Notes: generated by a model not told the origin, from the sequence alone. Shown: positions 38,092 to 48,225, counted from the first letter of the stretch. The stretch is DNA of 62,162 bases from an uncultured Syntrophales bacterium (GCA_964494155.1 CAZBQX010000002.1:67780-129941), one strand, 5' to 3'. A program made the numbers and translations.

Positions 38092-39507
38092 CTATCCCCC
38101 GAACAGCCGGATGTCCGGAATCAATTCATCGAGATGCATTTTTCGTGAACCCTTGAGGAGGATCCAGTCACCCTTGGATACAACTTCCCTCAAGGCCGGG
38201 ATCGCCGTTCCTTTGCCGTCGAAAAAGAAAATATGATTTCTGTCCAAGCCGGCGCTCTCGGCGGCACTCGCCGTGATGCGGGCCAGATCACCCTTGAGAA
38301 AGAGGGCGTAAATTTTTGATGCACCGATTTGACGCCCGATTTCTTCGTGATATGCGGCCGAATGATCGCCCAGTTCCAGCATGTCTCCAAAAACCACGAT
38401 GCGTCTGCTGCTGCCTGAAAGCTCGACCAGCGTTTTCAGTGCTTCGGCAACCGACAGGGGGTTGGCGTTATAGGCGTCATGAATGAGATGCGCCCCGCTG
38501 GGCAGGATTTCAATTTCCATCCTGCCGGTGATGGGTCGGAAGGCATGCAATCCCCGGCTGATCAGCGAGGGTTCACAACCGACAGCGGTGGCTGCTGCTG
38601 CCGCCGCCAGGGCGTTGTGGACATTGTGACGACCCGGAATGGATAAAACGATCTCTTCTTTCGTTCCCCGGATGTTCAGAATAAAGGCGGTTTTCCAGGT
38701 CTCAACGGGGCGAATATTTTCGGCGGTGACGTCGGCCGGAGTGGACAGGGAGAAGGTGATCTGGTTGCCTTGCCAGCGTTTTCGGAGAAGGTTGATTTCC
38801 GGATCGTCCAGATTCAGGATCGCCGTTCCCTGATGATTCATCACCGCAAAGAGCATTCCCTTTTCTTCCCGGACATCTGCGAGGGTTCCCAATCCCTCGA
38901 GGTGGGCCGGTCCGATGTTGGTCAGGACGCCGACATCCGGTGCGGCCAGGCGGGTCAGGCGTTCGATTTCTCCCGGAGAGTTTGTGCCCAGTTCCAGGAT
39001 AGCCAGATCGATTTCCTCCTGAAGCTTAAGGAGCGTCAGCGGCAGGCCGACCAGATTGTTCAAGTTGCCTTCTGTCTTGAGGATTTTCCGATTTAGCGAG
39101 CAAATGGCGGCCGTCATTTCCTTGGTGGTGGTTTTCCCTGCAGAGCCCGTGACGGCTATGACCCGGCAGTTCGCCTTTTTACGCCAGCTATGGGCGATGT
39201 CACCTAATGCCCGTAACGTGTCCTCGACTTCGATCCAGACGATTTCTTCCGTAAAGGCAGGCACATCACCTCGATGGCATTTCTCCGTCAGAAAAGCCGC
39301 GGCCCCGACGCCAACCGCTTTAGTGAGGAAGGCGTGCCCGTTGAAATTGGGGCCGGTGAGAGGAATAAAGAGATTTCCCGCCTCGAGGGTTCGGGTATCC
39401 GTCGAAACACCGCGTACCGCTTGTTCCCGGCGGCCTCTGATTAGTGAACCACCGGTGGCTTCGATGATATCTGTGATTGTCAGCACGGGTGAAGGAAAGT
39501 TGGTCAT
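38092..39507 (-). CDS. murF: UDP-N-acetylmuramoyl-tripeptide--D-alanyl-D-alanine ligase
   Basis: TDTR, TGSAGKTTTK, NLNN..G.P, ELGT, DAYNANP, GDMLELG, KGSR. Confidence 0.96.
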   Translation of the reverse strand: MTNFPSPVLTITDIIEATGGSLIRGRREQAVRGVSTDTRTLEAGNLFIPLTGPNFNGHAFLTKAVGVGAAAFLTEKCHRGDVPAFTEEIVWIEVEDTLRALGDIAHSWRKKANCRVIAVTGSAGKTTTKEMTAAICSLNRKILKTEGNLNNLVGLPLTLLKLQEEIDLAILELGTNSPGEIERLTRLAAPDVGVLTNIGPAHLEGLGTLADVREEKGMLFAVMNHQGTAILNLDDPEINLLRKRWQGNQITFSLSTPADVTAENIRPVETWKTAFILNIRGTKEEIVLSIPGRHNVHNALAAAAAATAVGCEPSLISRGLHAFRPITGRMEIEILPSGAHLIHDAYNANPLSVAEALKTLVELSGSSRRIVVFGDMLELGDHSAAYHEEIGRQIGASKIYALFLKGDLARITASAAESAGLDRNHIFFFDGKGTAIPALREVVSKGDWILLKGSRKMHLDELIPDIRLFGG

Positions 39508-41036
39508 AAGCGGGCCTCGCTTCGCTTTGCCAGGCTTTCCCGGGCGGCAATCCGGTCGTCAAAGAAAAGGCGCTCCTTGCCGATAATCTGGTAATCCTCG
39601 TGACCTTTTCCGGCAATCAGGACGATATCGCCCGGCTCGGCTGCCATGACGGCGGTTTCGATCGCTTCTCTCCGGTCGGGGATAATACAATATGCCTTTC
39701 CCTTATGTTCCGAACTCAATTCTGCTTTGGTTATTTTGGTAATGTCTTTGCGCAGAACCCCGCCTTCTATTTGTCCGATGATGGATAAAGGCTCTTCCGA
39801 GCGCGGATTATCGGAGGTGACGATCACCACATCACTGAGCGTAGCTGCGACAAAGCCCATCAGAGGCCTTTTCCCTCGGTCTCGGTCGCCGCCGCAGCCG
39901 AAGACGGTAATGATGCGGCTGTTGCCGAAGCCCAGCAGGTTTTCAATGGCTTTCCTCAAAGCGTCATCCGTGTGGGCGTAATCGACGAAAACATGCGGTT
40001 CATCCGGTCGACTGACCTTTTCCATTCGTCCCGGAACACCCTTCATGTTTGCAACGCCCCGCTCAATTGCCGACGGAGAAATCCCGACAGCAAAAGCTGC
40101 GGCTGCTGCAGTCAAGATATTGTAAAGATTAAAGCGACCGATTAACGGCGACGTAATCCGCAGAGTCTGTCCCGGTATCCTGACACGGGCTTCGATCCCC
40201 TCCAGGTTGAGGTTGAACTGTTCGGCCCATACATCGGAACCGCTGTCCAGGCCGAAGGTCAATCCGGCGCCTCCGCAAGCGGCAATGAGCTTTTTACCCC
40301 AAGGATCATCGCCATTGATAATCGTCCCGTAGGGATTGTGTTTGTGACTTTTTGGTAACAGCTCGAGGAAGAAACGCTGTTTCGCCTCGTAATAGCGCTC
40401 CATGCTGAGGTGGTAATCCAGGTGGTCCTGGGAGAGGTTTGTGAAAACGGCCACGTCAAAATCACAGTCGTCCACGCGCCCCAGATCGAGGGCGTGGGAA
40501 GATACCTCGGAAATACAGTGAGTTACACCATCATCGACCATCTGCCTTAAAATTCTCTGAAATTCCAGCGATTCCGGCGTGGTATTCGGAGCAGGCAGGG
40601 TTTTCCCTCGAAAGCGGTAGTTTACCGTTCCGAAAACCCCCGGAAAAAATCCGGCGGCTGAAATGATCGACTCCAAGAGATAAGTTACCGTCGTTTTCCC
40701 GTTTGTTCCGGTAATCCCTATCAGGCAGAGGGTTGAAGAGGGATGGGCATAGAAATTTCTTCCTGTGATCCCCAGGGCTCTCCGACCGTCGGAAACCTGC
40801 AAACAGGTGATATGATCAGGGGAATCAAAAGGTTTTTCATGAACGATCCAGCGGGCGCCCCGGCGAATCGCATCGTCGATGAATTTGTGTCCGTCTGTGC
40901 TCAGACCGGAGACAGCAACGAAAAGACTGTTTTCTTCACAGGATCTTGAATTGTAGCAGACAGATGATACTTCTCCGGAAAGCGCTCCTGTGGTACTTGT
41001 GAGCTGAAGATCTTTGACGACGTCTGAGATGTCCAT
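39504..41036 (-). CDS. murE: UDP-N-acetylmuramoyl-dipeptide--diaminopimelate ligase
   Basis: ITGTNGKTT, TTPES, EVSSH, DYAHT, GCGGDRD, DNPR (DAP-type), AGKGHE. Confidence 0.97.
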   Translation of the reverse strand: MDISDVVKDLQLTSTTGALSGEVSSVCYNSRSCEENSLFVAVSGLSTDGHKFIDDAIRRGARWIVHEKPFDSPDHITCLQVSDGRRALGITGRNFYAHPSSTLCLIGITGTNGKTTVTYLLESIISAAGFFPGVFGTVNYRFRGKTLPAPNTTPESLEFQRILRQMVDDGVTHCISEVSSHALDLGRVDDCDFDVAVFTNLSQDHLDYHLSMERYYEAKQRFFLELLPKSHKHNPYGTIINGDDPWGKKLIAACGGAGLTFGLDSGSDVWAEQFNLNLEGIEARVRIPGQTLRITSPLIGRFNLYNILTAAAAAFAVGISPSAIERGVANMKGVPGRMEKVSRPDEPHVFVDYAHTDDALRKAIENLLGFGNSRIITVFGCGGDRDRGKRPLMGFVAATLSDVVIVTSDNPRSEEPLSIIGQIEGGVLRKDITKITKAELSSEHKGKAYCIIPDRREAIETAVMAAEPGDIVLIAGKGHEDYQIIGKERLFFDDRIAARESLAKRSEARL

Positions 41037-41206
41037 TTTCCTTCCTTAAAGGTATCATATCTTGGTGCATCGGTGTTGCCCGTCTTTCATCCCGCGGCCG
41101 TGTTGCGGCGATTCTGGGATCGGTTGGTCCGGGATCGGATTTGCGGGAACAATGACTGCCTTCCGCCATTATTCGTCCCTGGACGAAGGGTTCGGGTGTT
41201 TCCGGA

Positions 41207-43213
41207 TTAACGCTCCGTCTTAAATGAAACCACGCAGTATGGATGCGAACGGATAGGCACACCGGCTTGCGGAACCTGCGAAACCGCCCAGCCCGATCCG
41301 TCAATTTTCAACTCAATACCTCTTTCTCTTGATTTCTTCAAGGCCTCTCTCACGGTCATGCCCTGAAAATTCGGTATGGTTGATTCGTCTTCAATATCCA
41401 TGACTTCTAACTGTCCTGTGGTTTCCGGAACGATCTGTGTTGCGGAAACAAGCTTAACTTTCGGCGGTTCGGGGAAGATGTTTTCCTCCGGAACGAACAG
41501 GGAGGGATCCTTAATATAGGACTTAAAGCAGGTCAGCATCTGTTCGCCGATATTTTTGAATACAGGCGCTGCAGCGACGCCGCCCCACTTATCCCGCTGC
41601 GGTTCATCGAGGGTGACCAGAATGGCGATCTGGGGATTTTCTGCCGGGAAAAAGCCCATAAAGGAGGTCCGTACCCTGTCTGAAGAGTAGACGCCGCGGC
41701 TGAAATCAAATTTCTGTGAGGTGCCTGTCTTGCCGGCGACCATTAAATGCTTGATCCGGGCGTTCTTGCCCGTGCCGTCCTCATCCTGTACAACACCCGT
41801 CAGAATGGAGGTCATTGTTTTTGCAGTGGCCGGTGACACCACATTGCGGACGATTGTCGGAGAGAACTGCTCGACTACCCGGCCCTTTTTATCAACCAGC
41901 GCCCGGACAATATAGGGCTTCATCAGGACGCCGTTATTGGCGATGGCGGAAAGGGCGGTCAGCAGTTGAATGGCCGTGACGGAGATGCCCTGACCGAAAG
42001 CAATGGTCGACGTATCTACACGGGTCCAGTCGGAAACAGGCCGAAGCAGGCCCGAGGCTTCTCCGGTGAGATCGATTCCCGTCTTGGATCCGAAACCGAA
42101 ATCTCTAATATACTGATAGAATCGCTCTTTTCCCAGCTTCTCCGATACCTTGACACAGCCAATGTTACTAGAATACTTGACGACTTCGCGGATGGTCAGA
42201 GAACCGTGACGTTTACGCTGGGCTTCGTGAAACACCCGGTCGGCAACCTGATAGTGACCGTTTTCGCAAAACACACGGTCGTTTTGGCGGACCACTTTTT
42301 CCTCCAGTGCTGCAGCAATCAGAAAAGGCTTAAAAGTGGAACCGGGATCGAAAACATCTGCAATCGCTTTATTCTTAGCATGCCCAGGTGCCGCTTTGGT
42401 ATAAAAATTTGGATTGAACGTGGGCTGGTTGGCCAGCGCCAGGATTTCCCCCGTCCGGGGATTCATGGCAATGGCATAACCTCCCTTGGCGCCCTTTGCC
42501 TGAACGGCGGCTTTCAACTGGGTTTCCACCAGATACTGAATGCGGCTGTCAATCGTCAGTACTATATTGTGAGCCGTGTCTTTGGTCATGGCAACGGTTT
42601 CCACCCTGGGATAAAGCCATTTTCCCTTGGCATCCCTTGCCCAGACCAGTTTTTGCTGTGTACCTTTCAGAAAACGGTCATAGCGGGTTTCCAGGCCCTC
42701 CAGACCGTTGGATTCCGTTCCAACGAAACCGAGAATTTGCCCGGCCAGTTCCCCATTGGGATACAGTCGCTGGGGTTCCTTGACGATAAAGATGGCTTCG
42801 TTGTTGAGTGATTCAATCGCCTTGGCCTGTTCGGGACCGACACGCCGGGCAATCCAGCAGAAGTTCTTTTTTCCGGAAATCCTTTTCAAGATGAGCGTTT
42901 TATTCACATTGAGCAATCCGGCCATTTGCGCGGCGAAGATTTGCGGCTTTTTGATCTTGGACGGATCAGCGCAGATGGAATCCATCTGGACGCTGGCTGC
43001 GAGCTTTTCTCCGTTGCGGTCGAAAATAATGCCTCTCTCCGGCAACATCTGGAGCGTTTTCATGTGCTGCCTTTGGGCAATGGATTTCAGCTCTTTTCCG
43101 GTAAGGATTTGCAACTGAAATGCCCGGGAGATGAGGGCAATAAAGAGAATGAGAAAAAAGACCAGAATCGTGCAAAGCCTAAATTTTAACCACTTGATGG
43201 ATTCGGTATTCAT
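41207..43213 (-). CDS. ftsI: Septal transpeptidase FtsI (PBP3) with C-terminal PASTA-like domain
   Basis: RGIIFDRNG, PGSTFK (SxxK), SSN, KTGT; C-terminal IPNFQGMTVREA. Confidence 0.95.
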   Translation of the reverse strand: MNTESIKWLKFRLCTILVFFLILFIALISRAFQLQILTGKELKSIAQRQHMKTLQMLPERGIIFDRNGEKLAASVQMDSICADPSKIKKPQIFAAQMAGLLNVNKTLILKRISGKKNFCWIARRVGPEQAKAIESLNNEAIFIVKEPQRLYPNGELAGQILGFVGTESNGLEGLETRYDRFLKGTQQKLVWARDAKGKWLYPRVETVAMTKDTAHNIVLTIDSRIQYLVETQLKAAVQAKGAKGGYAIAMNPRTGEILALANQPTFNPNFYTKAAPGHAKNKAIADVFDPGSTFKPFLIAAALEEKVVRQNDRVFCENGHYQVADRVFHEAQRKRHGSLTIREVVKYSSNIGCVKVSEKLGKERFYQYIRDFGFGSKTGIDLTGEASGLLRPVSDWTRVDTSTIAFGQGISVTAIQLLTALSAIANNGVLMKPYIVRALVDKKGRVVEQFSPTIVRNVVSPATAKTMTSILTGVVQDEDGTGKNARIKHLMVAGKTGTSQKFDFSRGVYSSDRVRTSFMGFFPAENPQIAILVTLDEPQRDKWGGVAAAPVFKNIGEQMLTCFKSYIKDPSLFVPEENIFPEPPKVKLVSATQIVPETTGQLEVMDIEDESTIPNFQGMTVREALKKSRERGIELKIDGSGWAVSQVPQAGVPIRSHPYCVVSFKTER

Positions 43214-43563
43214 TTGGCATGCCCCGGATCTTTAAGAAAAACAACCTGCTCCCGGTCAGGATAGGTCATCTGTAATTTCTCCATGGCAATGGAGGCAATC
43301 CTTTGGGGCGATCTCATGGTCGCCAGTTCGACACGCAACTTCTTCTGTTCTTCCAGCAGGGTTTCCTTTTTGCTTATTTCACTGGCAACTTTATATTCAA
43401 GCGCTGTCATGTAGTTGTGGGACCAGACATACAGGATGGCAACAGCCATGATGACCACGGCCATGAAGATAAAGGGGGAATATCCGAGGCTGGTCAGGGC
43501 GTATCCTGATTCGGATTCATCCTTGAGGGCCTCTGTGGATTCGATGACCAGATCTTTTGCCAT
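43210..43563 (-). CDS. ftsL: Cell division protein FtsL
   Basis: One TM plus coiled coil, RIASIAMEKLQM; position between rsmH and ftsI. Confidence 0.85.
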   Translation of the reverse strand: MAKDLVIESTEALKDESESGYALTSLGYSPFIFMAVVIMAVAILYVWSHNYMTALEYKVASEISKKETLLEEQKKLRVELATMRSPQRIASIAMEKLQMTYPDREQVVFLKDPGHAK

Positions 43564-43564
43564 G

Positions 43565-44503
43565 CTAAATCCTTTCCGCCGTTCTCAAACGGGCGCTCCG
43601 GGCCCGGGGATTCATCTTAATTTCCGTTGCCGTAGGTTTTACGGGTTTTGCCGTCAGGACTTTCAATTTGGGCTGGTGTCCACAGGTGCAAATCGGTACA
43701 CCGGGAGGACAGACACAATTCTTGGACCAGAGTCGAAAGGCGTTTTTCACAATCCTGTCTTCCAGGGATTGGAAGGAGATGATGGAAAAGCGCCCCCCCT
43801 CTTTCAATTTATCGATAGCGGGGGAGATACCCTTCTCAAGACTGTTCAGTTCATCGTTGACCCGGATGCGGATGGCCTGAAACGTTTTTGTTGCCGGATG
43901 CATCTTACGGTTCCGCTGGGAGGGAGGAAGCGCCTGGACCACGATGTCGCTCAAAGATGCAGCCGTCATGATCGGGCTGGTTCTTCTTGCCCTTACAATG
44001 GCGCGGGCGATTCTCTTGGCCATGATTTCTTCCCCGTATTCCCAGATCACTTTGCTCAACTCTTCCTCGGATGTCTGATTGATGAATTCGTAAGCCCCAC
44101 TTTTCTGATTCTGATCCATTCTCATATCCAGCAGGGAATTAGCCGCGGTAAAACTGAACCCACGTTCCGGAGTGTCCAGTTGATGGGACGATACGCCAAG
44201 ATCGAGAAGAATGCCGTCTACTTTAGAGATGCCAAGATCGGTCAGTATTTCGGAAATTTGGGAGAAGTTCGCCTTCCGCAAAATCTTTCTCGTTCCGAAA
44301 GAGGCCAAGTTTTTCTCCGATTCCCGAAGCGCGTCATCATCCCTGTCCAAGCCGATTAAAAGACCATCCGGTCCTGTGGTTTCCAAGATGCGTCGGGCAT
44401 GCCCCCCCCCGCCGACCGTTCCGTCGACGTAAATCCCGCCGGATTGACAGCGGAGGCTGAAGATTGCCTCTTCGAGCAAAACCGGCGTGTGATAGGGACC
44501 CAT
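43565..44503 (-). CDS. rsmH: 16S rRNA m4C1402 methyltransferase RsmH
   Basis: HTPVLL, DGTVGGGGH, DLGVSSHQLD, RGFSF, HPATKTFQAIRI, NPRARSARLR. Confidence 0.97.
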   Translation of the reverse strand: MGPYHTPVLLEEAIFSLRCQSGGIYVDGTVGGGGHARRILETTGPDGLLIGLDRDDDALRESEKNLASFGTRKILRKANFSQISEILTDLGISKVDGILLDLGVSSHQLDTPERGFSFTAANSLLDMRMDQNQKSGAYEFINQTSEEELSKVIWEYGEEIMAKRIARAIVRARRTSPIMTAASLSDIVVQALPPSQRNRKMHPATKTFQAIRIRVNDELNSLEKGISPAIDKLKEGGRFSIISFQSLEDRIVKNAFRLWSKNCVCPPGVPICTCGHQPKLKVLTAKPVKPTATEIKMNPRARSARLRTAERI

Positions 44504-44523
44504 GCATCCGCCTTCCTTATTAA

Positions 44524-44970
44524 TTAAATACCTAAGTCCACCATGCACTTCTCATAGGATTCGAGATTGCCTCCCGTATCCTTCATTTCGTTGTCGAAAC
44601 GTTCCTTGTTCCAGATTTCGATGTTTTTCAGCATGCCGGCCAAGACGATATCTTTGTCCAAATGGGCGTATTCCCTGAGATTCTGGGGGATTAAAACCCG
44701 TCCCTGACCGTCGAGGGTGCAGTGTACGGCTGCGGACATGAAAAAACGATTGAAAGCACGGACTTCTTTCTTTAATATGGATTGCTGTGACATTTTCTCT
44801 TCAATGACGTTCCATTCCTTGAAGGGAAAGACAATGAGATAACCGTCCCAGTTGGTGATGACGAGTTGGTTATCGTACTTTTCGGCGAAGATCTCGCGAT
44901 ACTTGGCCGGAAAGATGATTCTTCCCTTGTCATCAATGGTATGATTGTACTGGCCTCTGAAAACGGACAT
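44524..44970 (-). CDS. mraZ: Division/cell wall cluster transcriptional regulator MraZ
   Basis: FRGQYNHTIDDKGRI and DGQGRVLIP repeats, EIW. Confidence 0.96.
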   Translation of the reverse strand: MSVFRGQYNHTIDDKGRIIFPAKYREIFAEKYDNQLVITNWDGYLIVFPFKEWNVIEEKMSQQSILKKEVRAFNRFFMSAAVHCTLDGQGRVLIPQNLREYAHLDKDIVLAGMLKNIEIWNKERFDNEMKDTGGNLESYEKCMVDLGI

Positions 44971-45006
44971 CTCCAACATCCTCCACGATAAGCCACTTTC
45001 CTCCAC
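44971..45006 (-). promoter_or_regulatory. MraZ operator: four direct repeats at 10-bp period
   Basis: Minus strand GTGGAG-N4-GTGGCT-N4-GTGGAG-N4-TTGGAG directly upstream of mraZ. Confidence 0.85.
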
Positions 45007-45015
45007 TTGGCTCCG

Positions 45016-45044
45016 AATATAGAGGGGTAATTGGGGTTTGTCAA
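45016..45044 (-). promoter_or_regulatory. Sigma70 promoter of the dcw cluster
   Basis: TTGACA-N17-TATATT on the minus strand, just upstream of the MraZ boxes. Confidence 0.8.
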
Positions 45045-45052
45045 GCGGAAAT

Positions 45053-46114
45053 TTATTCTTTTTTTCCGTTAACTTGGTATTTTTTTACAGCTTGGTGGTG
45101 GGTAATATAGTTGGTGGAAAAAAAGTGGGTGCCGTTGTTTCTTGACACGAAGTAGAGATAATTGACCGTGGCCGGGTAGAGGGCAGCTTGCAGGGAGTCC
45201 AGACCGGGGTTGGCGATGGGGCCTGGGGGTAATCCGTTGATCCGGTAGGTATTGTGGCTTGATGCCATGTCGAGGTGGCGTCGCTTGATGGGACCGTTAA
45301 AATCTTTGAGATTATACACCGCCGTAGGATCGCTCTGAAGTTTCATCCCCTTTTTTAAACGGTTATGAAAAACAGCAGAAACCAGGTGTTTTTCTTCCCC
45401 ATAGCCGGTTTCCTTTCCGATTAACGAAGCCAGCGTAATCCACTCCTGGAGTGTAAATCCCAGCGCGTGGGCTCGGTTCTTCATGGCCGGGGTAATGTGC
45501 TTCCAGAATTCGGCCACCATGCGGATCATAATCTCCCGCGCCCCCATGGAGCGGTCGAAGTAATACGTTTCCGGGTATAAATAGCCCTCAATGGTATCGC
45601 CTTCAATACCAAGGGATGATAAAAATTCCGCGTCCTTGGATAGGTCTAGAAAATACTTCGGATCTATCAGACCGCACTGCGCGAGACGATTGGCGATCTC
45701 CTGCACGGTTAGATCTTCCGGAATCGTGACCCGGTAACGCTTAATATCACCCTTGACGAGCTTGTCCAGAATCGCGGATGGTGAAATCCCCGGGGGGAAC
45801 TCATATTCGCCCGCCTTGATATGATGTGCATCGCCTTTAATAAAGGCCAGCAAATAAAAAGACATCCTGTTGCGGATAACACCTTTGCTCTGAAGGGTGT
45901 CAACAATCGCAAGAAACCGTTCCCCTCGATGTATGTCGACCATTACGGTTTGATTTCGCCCCGGGACAGGGTGCTTAATATCGAAGAAAAAAGAGAAAGA
46001 TAAGGCAATGATGAAAATAAAAACGGCACCGATGAACAGGACTTTCTTTGAGAAAAAGGTTTTCATAACCGGTGTGGTTTTCCTGTTAAGAGGTTTTCCG
46101 GGACAAATGATCAA
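45053..46114 (-). CDS. mltG: Endolytic transglycosylase MltG
   Basis: KAGEY, IPE, EGYLYPETY, LASLIGKET, VFHNRL, LQSDPT, GLPPGPIANPG, YLYFV; exact start uncertain. Confidence 0.95.
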   Translation of the reverse strand: MIICPGKPLNRKTTPVMKTFFSKKVLFIGAVFIFIIALSFSFFFDIKHPVPGRNQTVMVDIHRGERFLAIVDTLQSKGVIRNRMSFYLLAFIKGDAHHIKAGEYEFPPGISPSAILDKLVKGDIKRYRVTIPEDLTVQEIANRLAQCGLIDPKYFLDLSKDAEFLSSLGIEGDTIEGYLYPETYYFDRSMGAREIMIRMVAEFWKHITPAMKNRAHALGFTLQEWITLASLIGKETGYGEEKHLVSAVFHNRLKKGMKLQSDPTAVYNLKDFNGPIKRRHLDMASSHNTYRINGLPPGPIANPGLDSLQAALYPATVNYLYFVSRNNGTHFFSTNYITHHQAVKKYQVNGKKE

Positions 46115-46526
46115 GGTAACCCTGCAGGATCAGCGTTGCAGCCAGCTTATCCACGATTTGACGTCGTTTTTTCCAATGGATTTCAGCCTCTTGCAGGATG
46201 CTTTCCGCTTCTTTGGTCGAGAGGGTTTCGTCCCATAAGATAACCGGCAGGCCAAAAACGGTTTCGATGTAACGCCCAAAATGATCGATCTTTTCGCATT
46301 GAATGCCCGCCGATCCGTCCAGACGCAGGGGATAGCCGATGACAATCCGTTCCACCTGATAACGGTTGATTTGCTGCTTCAATTCTTCCATGACCTGTTT
46401 GTTATTCTTGCGGACAATGGTGGCAACACCCTGGGCGGTCAGACCCAGTTCATCGCTCACAGCAACGCCGATTCTCTTTTCACCATAATCAAGACCGAGG
46501 ATACGCAAAGGATTCACCTTACTCAT
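46086..46526 (-). CDS. ruvX: YqgF/RuvX-family nuclease
   Basis: LGLDYGEKRIGVAVSD, VIGYP, WDETLST, DKLAATLILQ. Confidence 0.94.
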   Translation of the reverse strand: MSKVNPLRILGLDYGEKRIGVAVSDELGLTAQGVATIVRKNNKQVMEELKQQINRYQVERIVIGYPLRLDGSAGIQCEKIDHFGRYIETVFGLPVILWDETLSTKEAESILQEAEIHWKKRRQIVDKLAATLILQGYLDHLSRKTS

Positions 46527-46733
46527 TTATTTGGGCGGTAGTCTTAGCAGATATGTCCGTAAGTTTCCATGAGAAAAGCGAAAAGTACCGGACGGGTTGC
46601 TGATCGGTCCGAAATCAGGAGAAAGAAATAACAAGCATGCATTCAAGCGGACTTCGGGATCGATCCCCATCGGTTCACGAAAACGCTGTTTGGATCATCC
46701 ATACATATTACAAGGATAGTGTTAAGGAGAGGT

Positions 46734-46762
46734 GGGCCGCCTCAGGGGGGAAGAGGCGGCCC
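46734..46762. terminator. GC-rich hairpin downstream of rubrerythrin
   Basis: gggccgcctc/gaggcggccc 10-bp stem with 9-nt loop; no clear U tail. Confidence 0.4.
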
Positions 46763-46826
46763 TTGGGAAAGATGTGGAGATGTTATTGATTTACAGCCGG
46801 AAAAAACCGGCTCCGTATATTCTGTT

Positions 46827-47372
46827 TTACGCAAAATAACGCTTCAACAGGCCCTGAAAAACTTTGCCGTGCCGTGCTTCATCCTTGCACATTTCGTGTA
46901 CCGTATCGTGGATGGCGTCCAGATTCTGCTGTTTGGCCATGACGGCAAGTTCTTTTTTCCCTTTGCAGGCGCCATTTTCCGCTTCCAGGCGTCGCTGGAG
47001 ATTCGTCCTTGTGTCGGCCCATACGACTTCGCCAAGTAATTCTGCAAACTTGGCCGCGTGGTCCGCTTCCTCGAAGGCGATGCGCTTGTAGGCCTCGGCG
47101 ACTTCGATATAACCTTCCCGCTCGGCCTGGCGGCTCATGGCCAGATACATACCGACTTCGGTGCATTCGCCTGTGAAATTCATGCGCAGGCCTTCCAGGA
47201 TCTTGGGATCGACATCCTTGGCCACGCCGATAAAATGTTCATCAGCCCAGGTTAGTTCACCCGCTTCCTGTTCCTGAAATTTTGACGCGGGAGCTTTGCA
47301 CTGAGGGCAGTTTTCAGGGGCAGCCGTTCCTTCGTAGATGTAACCGCAAATCGTACAGACAAACTTTTTCAT
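46827..47372 (-). CDS. Reverse rubrerythrin (N-terminal rubredoxin + ferritin-like domain; NADH peroxidase type)
   Basis: [10 protein letters not shown]...[23 protein letters not shown]; start ATG 47372 after AAGGAG. Confidence 0.93.
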   Translation of the reverse strand: MKKFVCTICGYIYEGTAAPENCPQCKAPASKFQEQEAGELTWADEHFIGVAKDVDPKILEGLRMNFTGECTEVGMYLAMSRQAEREGYIEVAEAYKRIAFEEADHAAKFAELLGEVVWADTRTNLQRRLEAENGACKGKKELAVMAKQQNLDAIHDTVHEMCKDEARHGKVFQGLLKRYFA

Positions 47373-47507
47373 TTTCAGATCTCCTTTCATTTTTGGCTGA
47401 TATTTAATTTCAATGATGCAATCTTTTTTATGTTCCCTGAAAAGGGTTTTTACATTGCCATGGGAGTTTTTTAAAAATCCCGTCATGGGGCAAGGTCAAA
47501 AATACCA

Positions 47508-47526
47508 AAAGGATCATTATTGTCTT
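47508..47526. promoter_or_regulatory. Candidate Rrf2 operator A (upstream of rubrerythrin)
   Basis: AAAGGATCATTATTGTCTT, a GAC-N7-GTC variant. Confidence 0.45.
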
Positions 47527-47545
47527 TAACTAAAATAAAAAATTT

Positions 47546-47950
47546 TTACTTACCCGCCAGATCCTTCAATGTGACACCGCTCAAAACGGCCTTCATTTTT
47601 TCCTGAACATCCTTCCAGACGGGATGAACTGTACAAAAAGCGTCCCGGTCGCAGGCGCCTTCGTCGATGAGGCAGCGGTTCAACACGATAGGCCCTTCCA
47701 CCGCTTCAACGATGTCCAGCAGGGTAATTTTTCTCGGAGCTTTTCCCAGAATAAAGCCGCCGCCCGTCCCCCGGTAGGATTTGACCAGACCGGATTTACT
47801 GAACTGCTGAAAAATCTTGGCCAAAAGGGCCTGAGACACATCAACATTGGAGGCAATTTCGCTGATCAACGAGATCTGCCCTTCCGATTTTCCGGCCAGA
47901 TAGACCATGCCGCGAATCGCGTAATCGCCTTTTCTTGTCAGATGGAGCAT
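47546..47950 (-). CDS. Rrf2-family regulator with IscR-like Fe-S ligands
   Basis: LTRKGDYAIR, GLVKSYRGTGGGF, CLIDEGACDRDAFCTVH (3 Cys + His). Confidence 0.93.
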   Translation of the reverse strand: MLHLTRKGDYAIRGMVYLAGKSEGQISLISEIASNVDVSQALLAKIFQQFSKSGLVKSYRGTGGGFILGKAPRKITLLDIVEAVEGPIVLNRCLIDEGACDRDAFCTVHPVWKDVQEKMKAVLSGVTLKDLAGK

Positions 47951-47963
47951 TGTCAATACCTCA

Positions 47964-47985
47964 ATAAGACCTTTTTTGTCCCATT
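47964..47985. promoter_or_regulatory. Candidate Rrf2 operator B (autoregulatory)
   Basis: ATAAGACCTTTTTTGTCCCATT, GAC-N7-GTC just upstream of the rrf2 RBS. Confidence 0.5.
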
Positions 47986-48129
47986 ACAGGATTTCAAATA
48001 AGCTGTCAACATATTTTTCACATCGGACGATTTTTTTACCGGGAGAAATCTCTTTGCTGGGCAGCTTTTCTCTGATCCCTCTTTGGCAAACGATTCAGGG
48101 AAAAGATAGAATCAGAATGTTTATCTGTC

Positions 48130-48145
48130 TGGTACATATGTTGCT
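48130..48145 (+). promoter_or_regulatory. Candidate sigma54 promoter upstream of the hybrid kinase
   Basis: TGGTACATATGTTGCT, one mismatch to TGGCAC-N5-TTGCW. Confidence 0.45.
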
Positions 48146-48225
48146 TAAAAACACGCAGGATTTTTATATCCAGCCATGCTCGATTGCGCATTACATAACA
48201 TGCGTTACATAAAAAGATTTTTATA

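Noticed and set aside
41037-41206. 170-bp gap between ftsI and murE with a ccgatccc direct repeat
   Set aside because: Only two 8-bp copies, and no convincing ORF or riboswitch motif.
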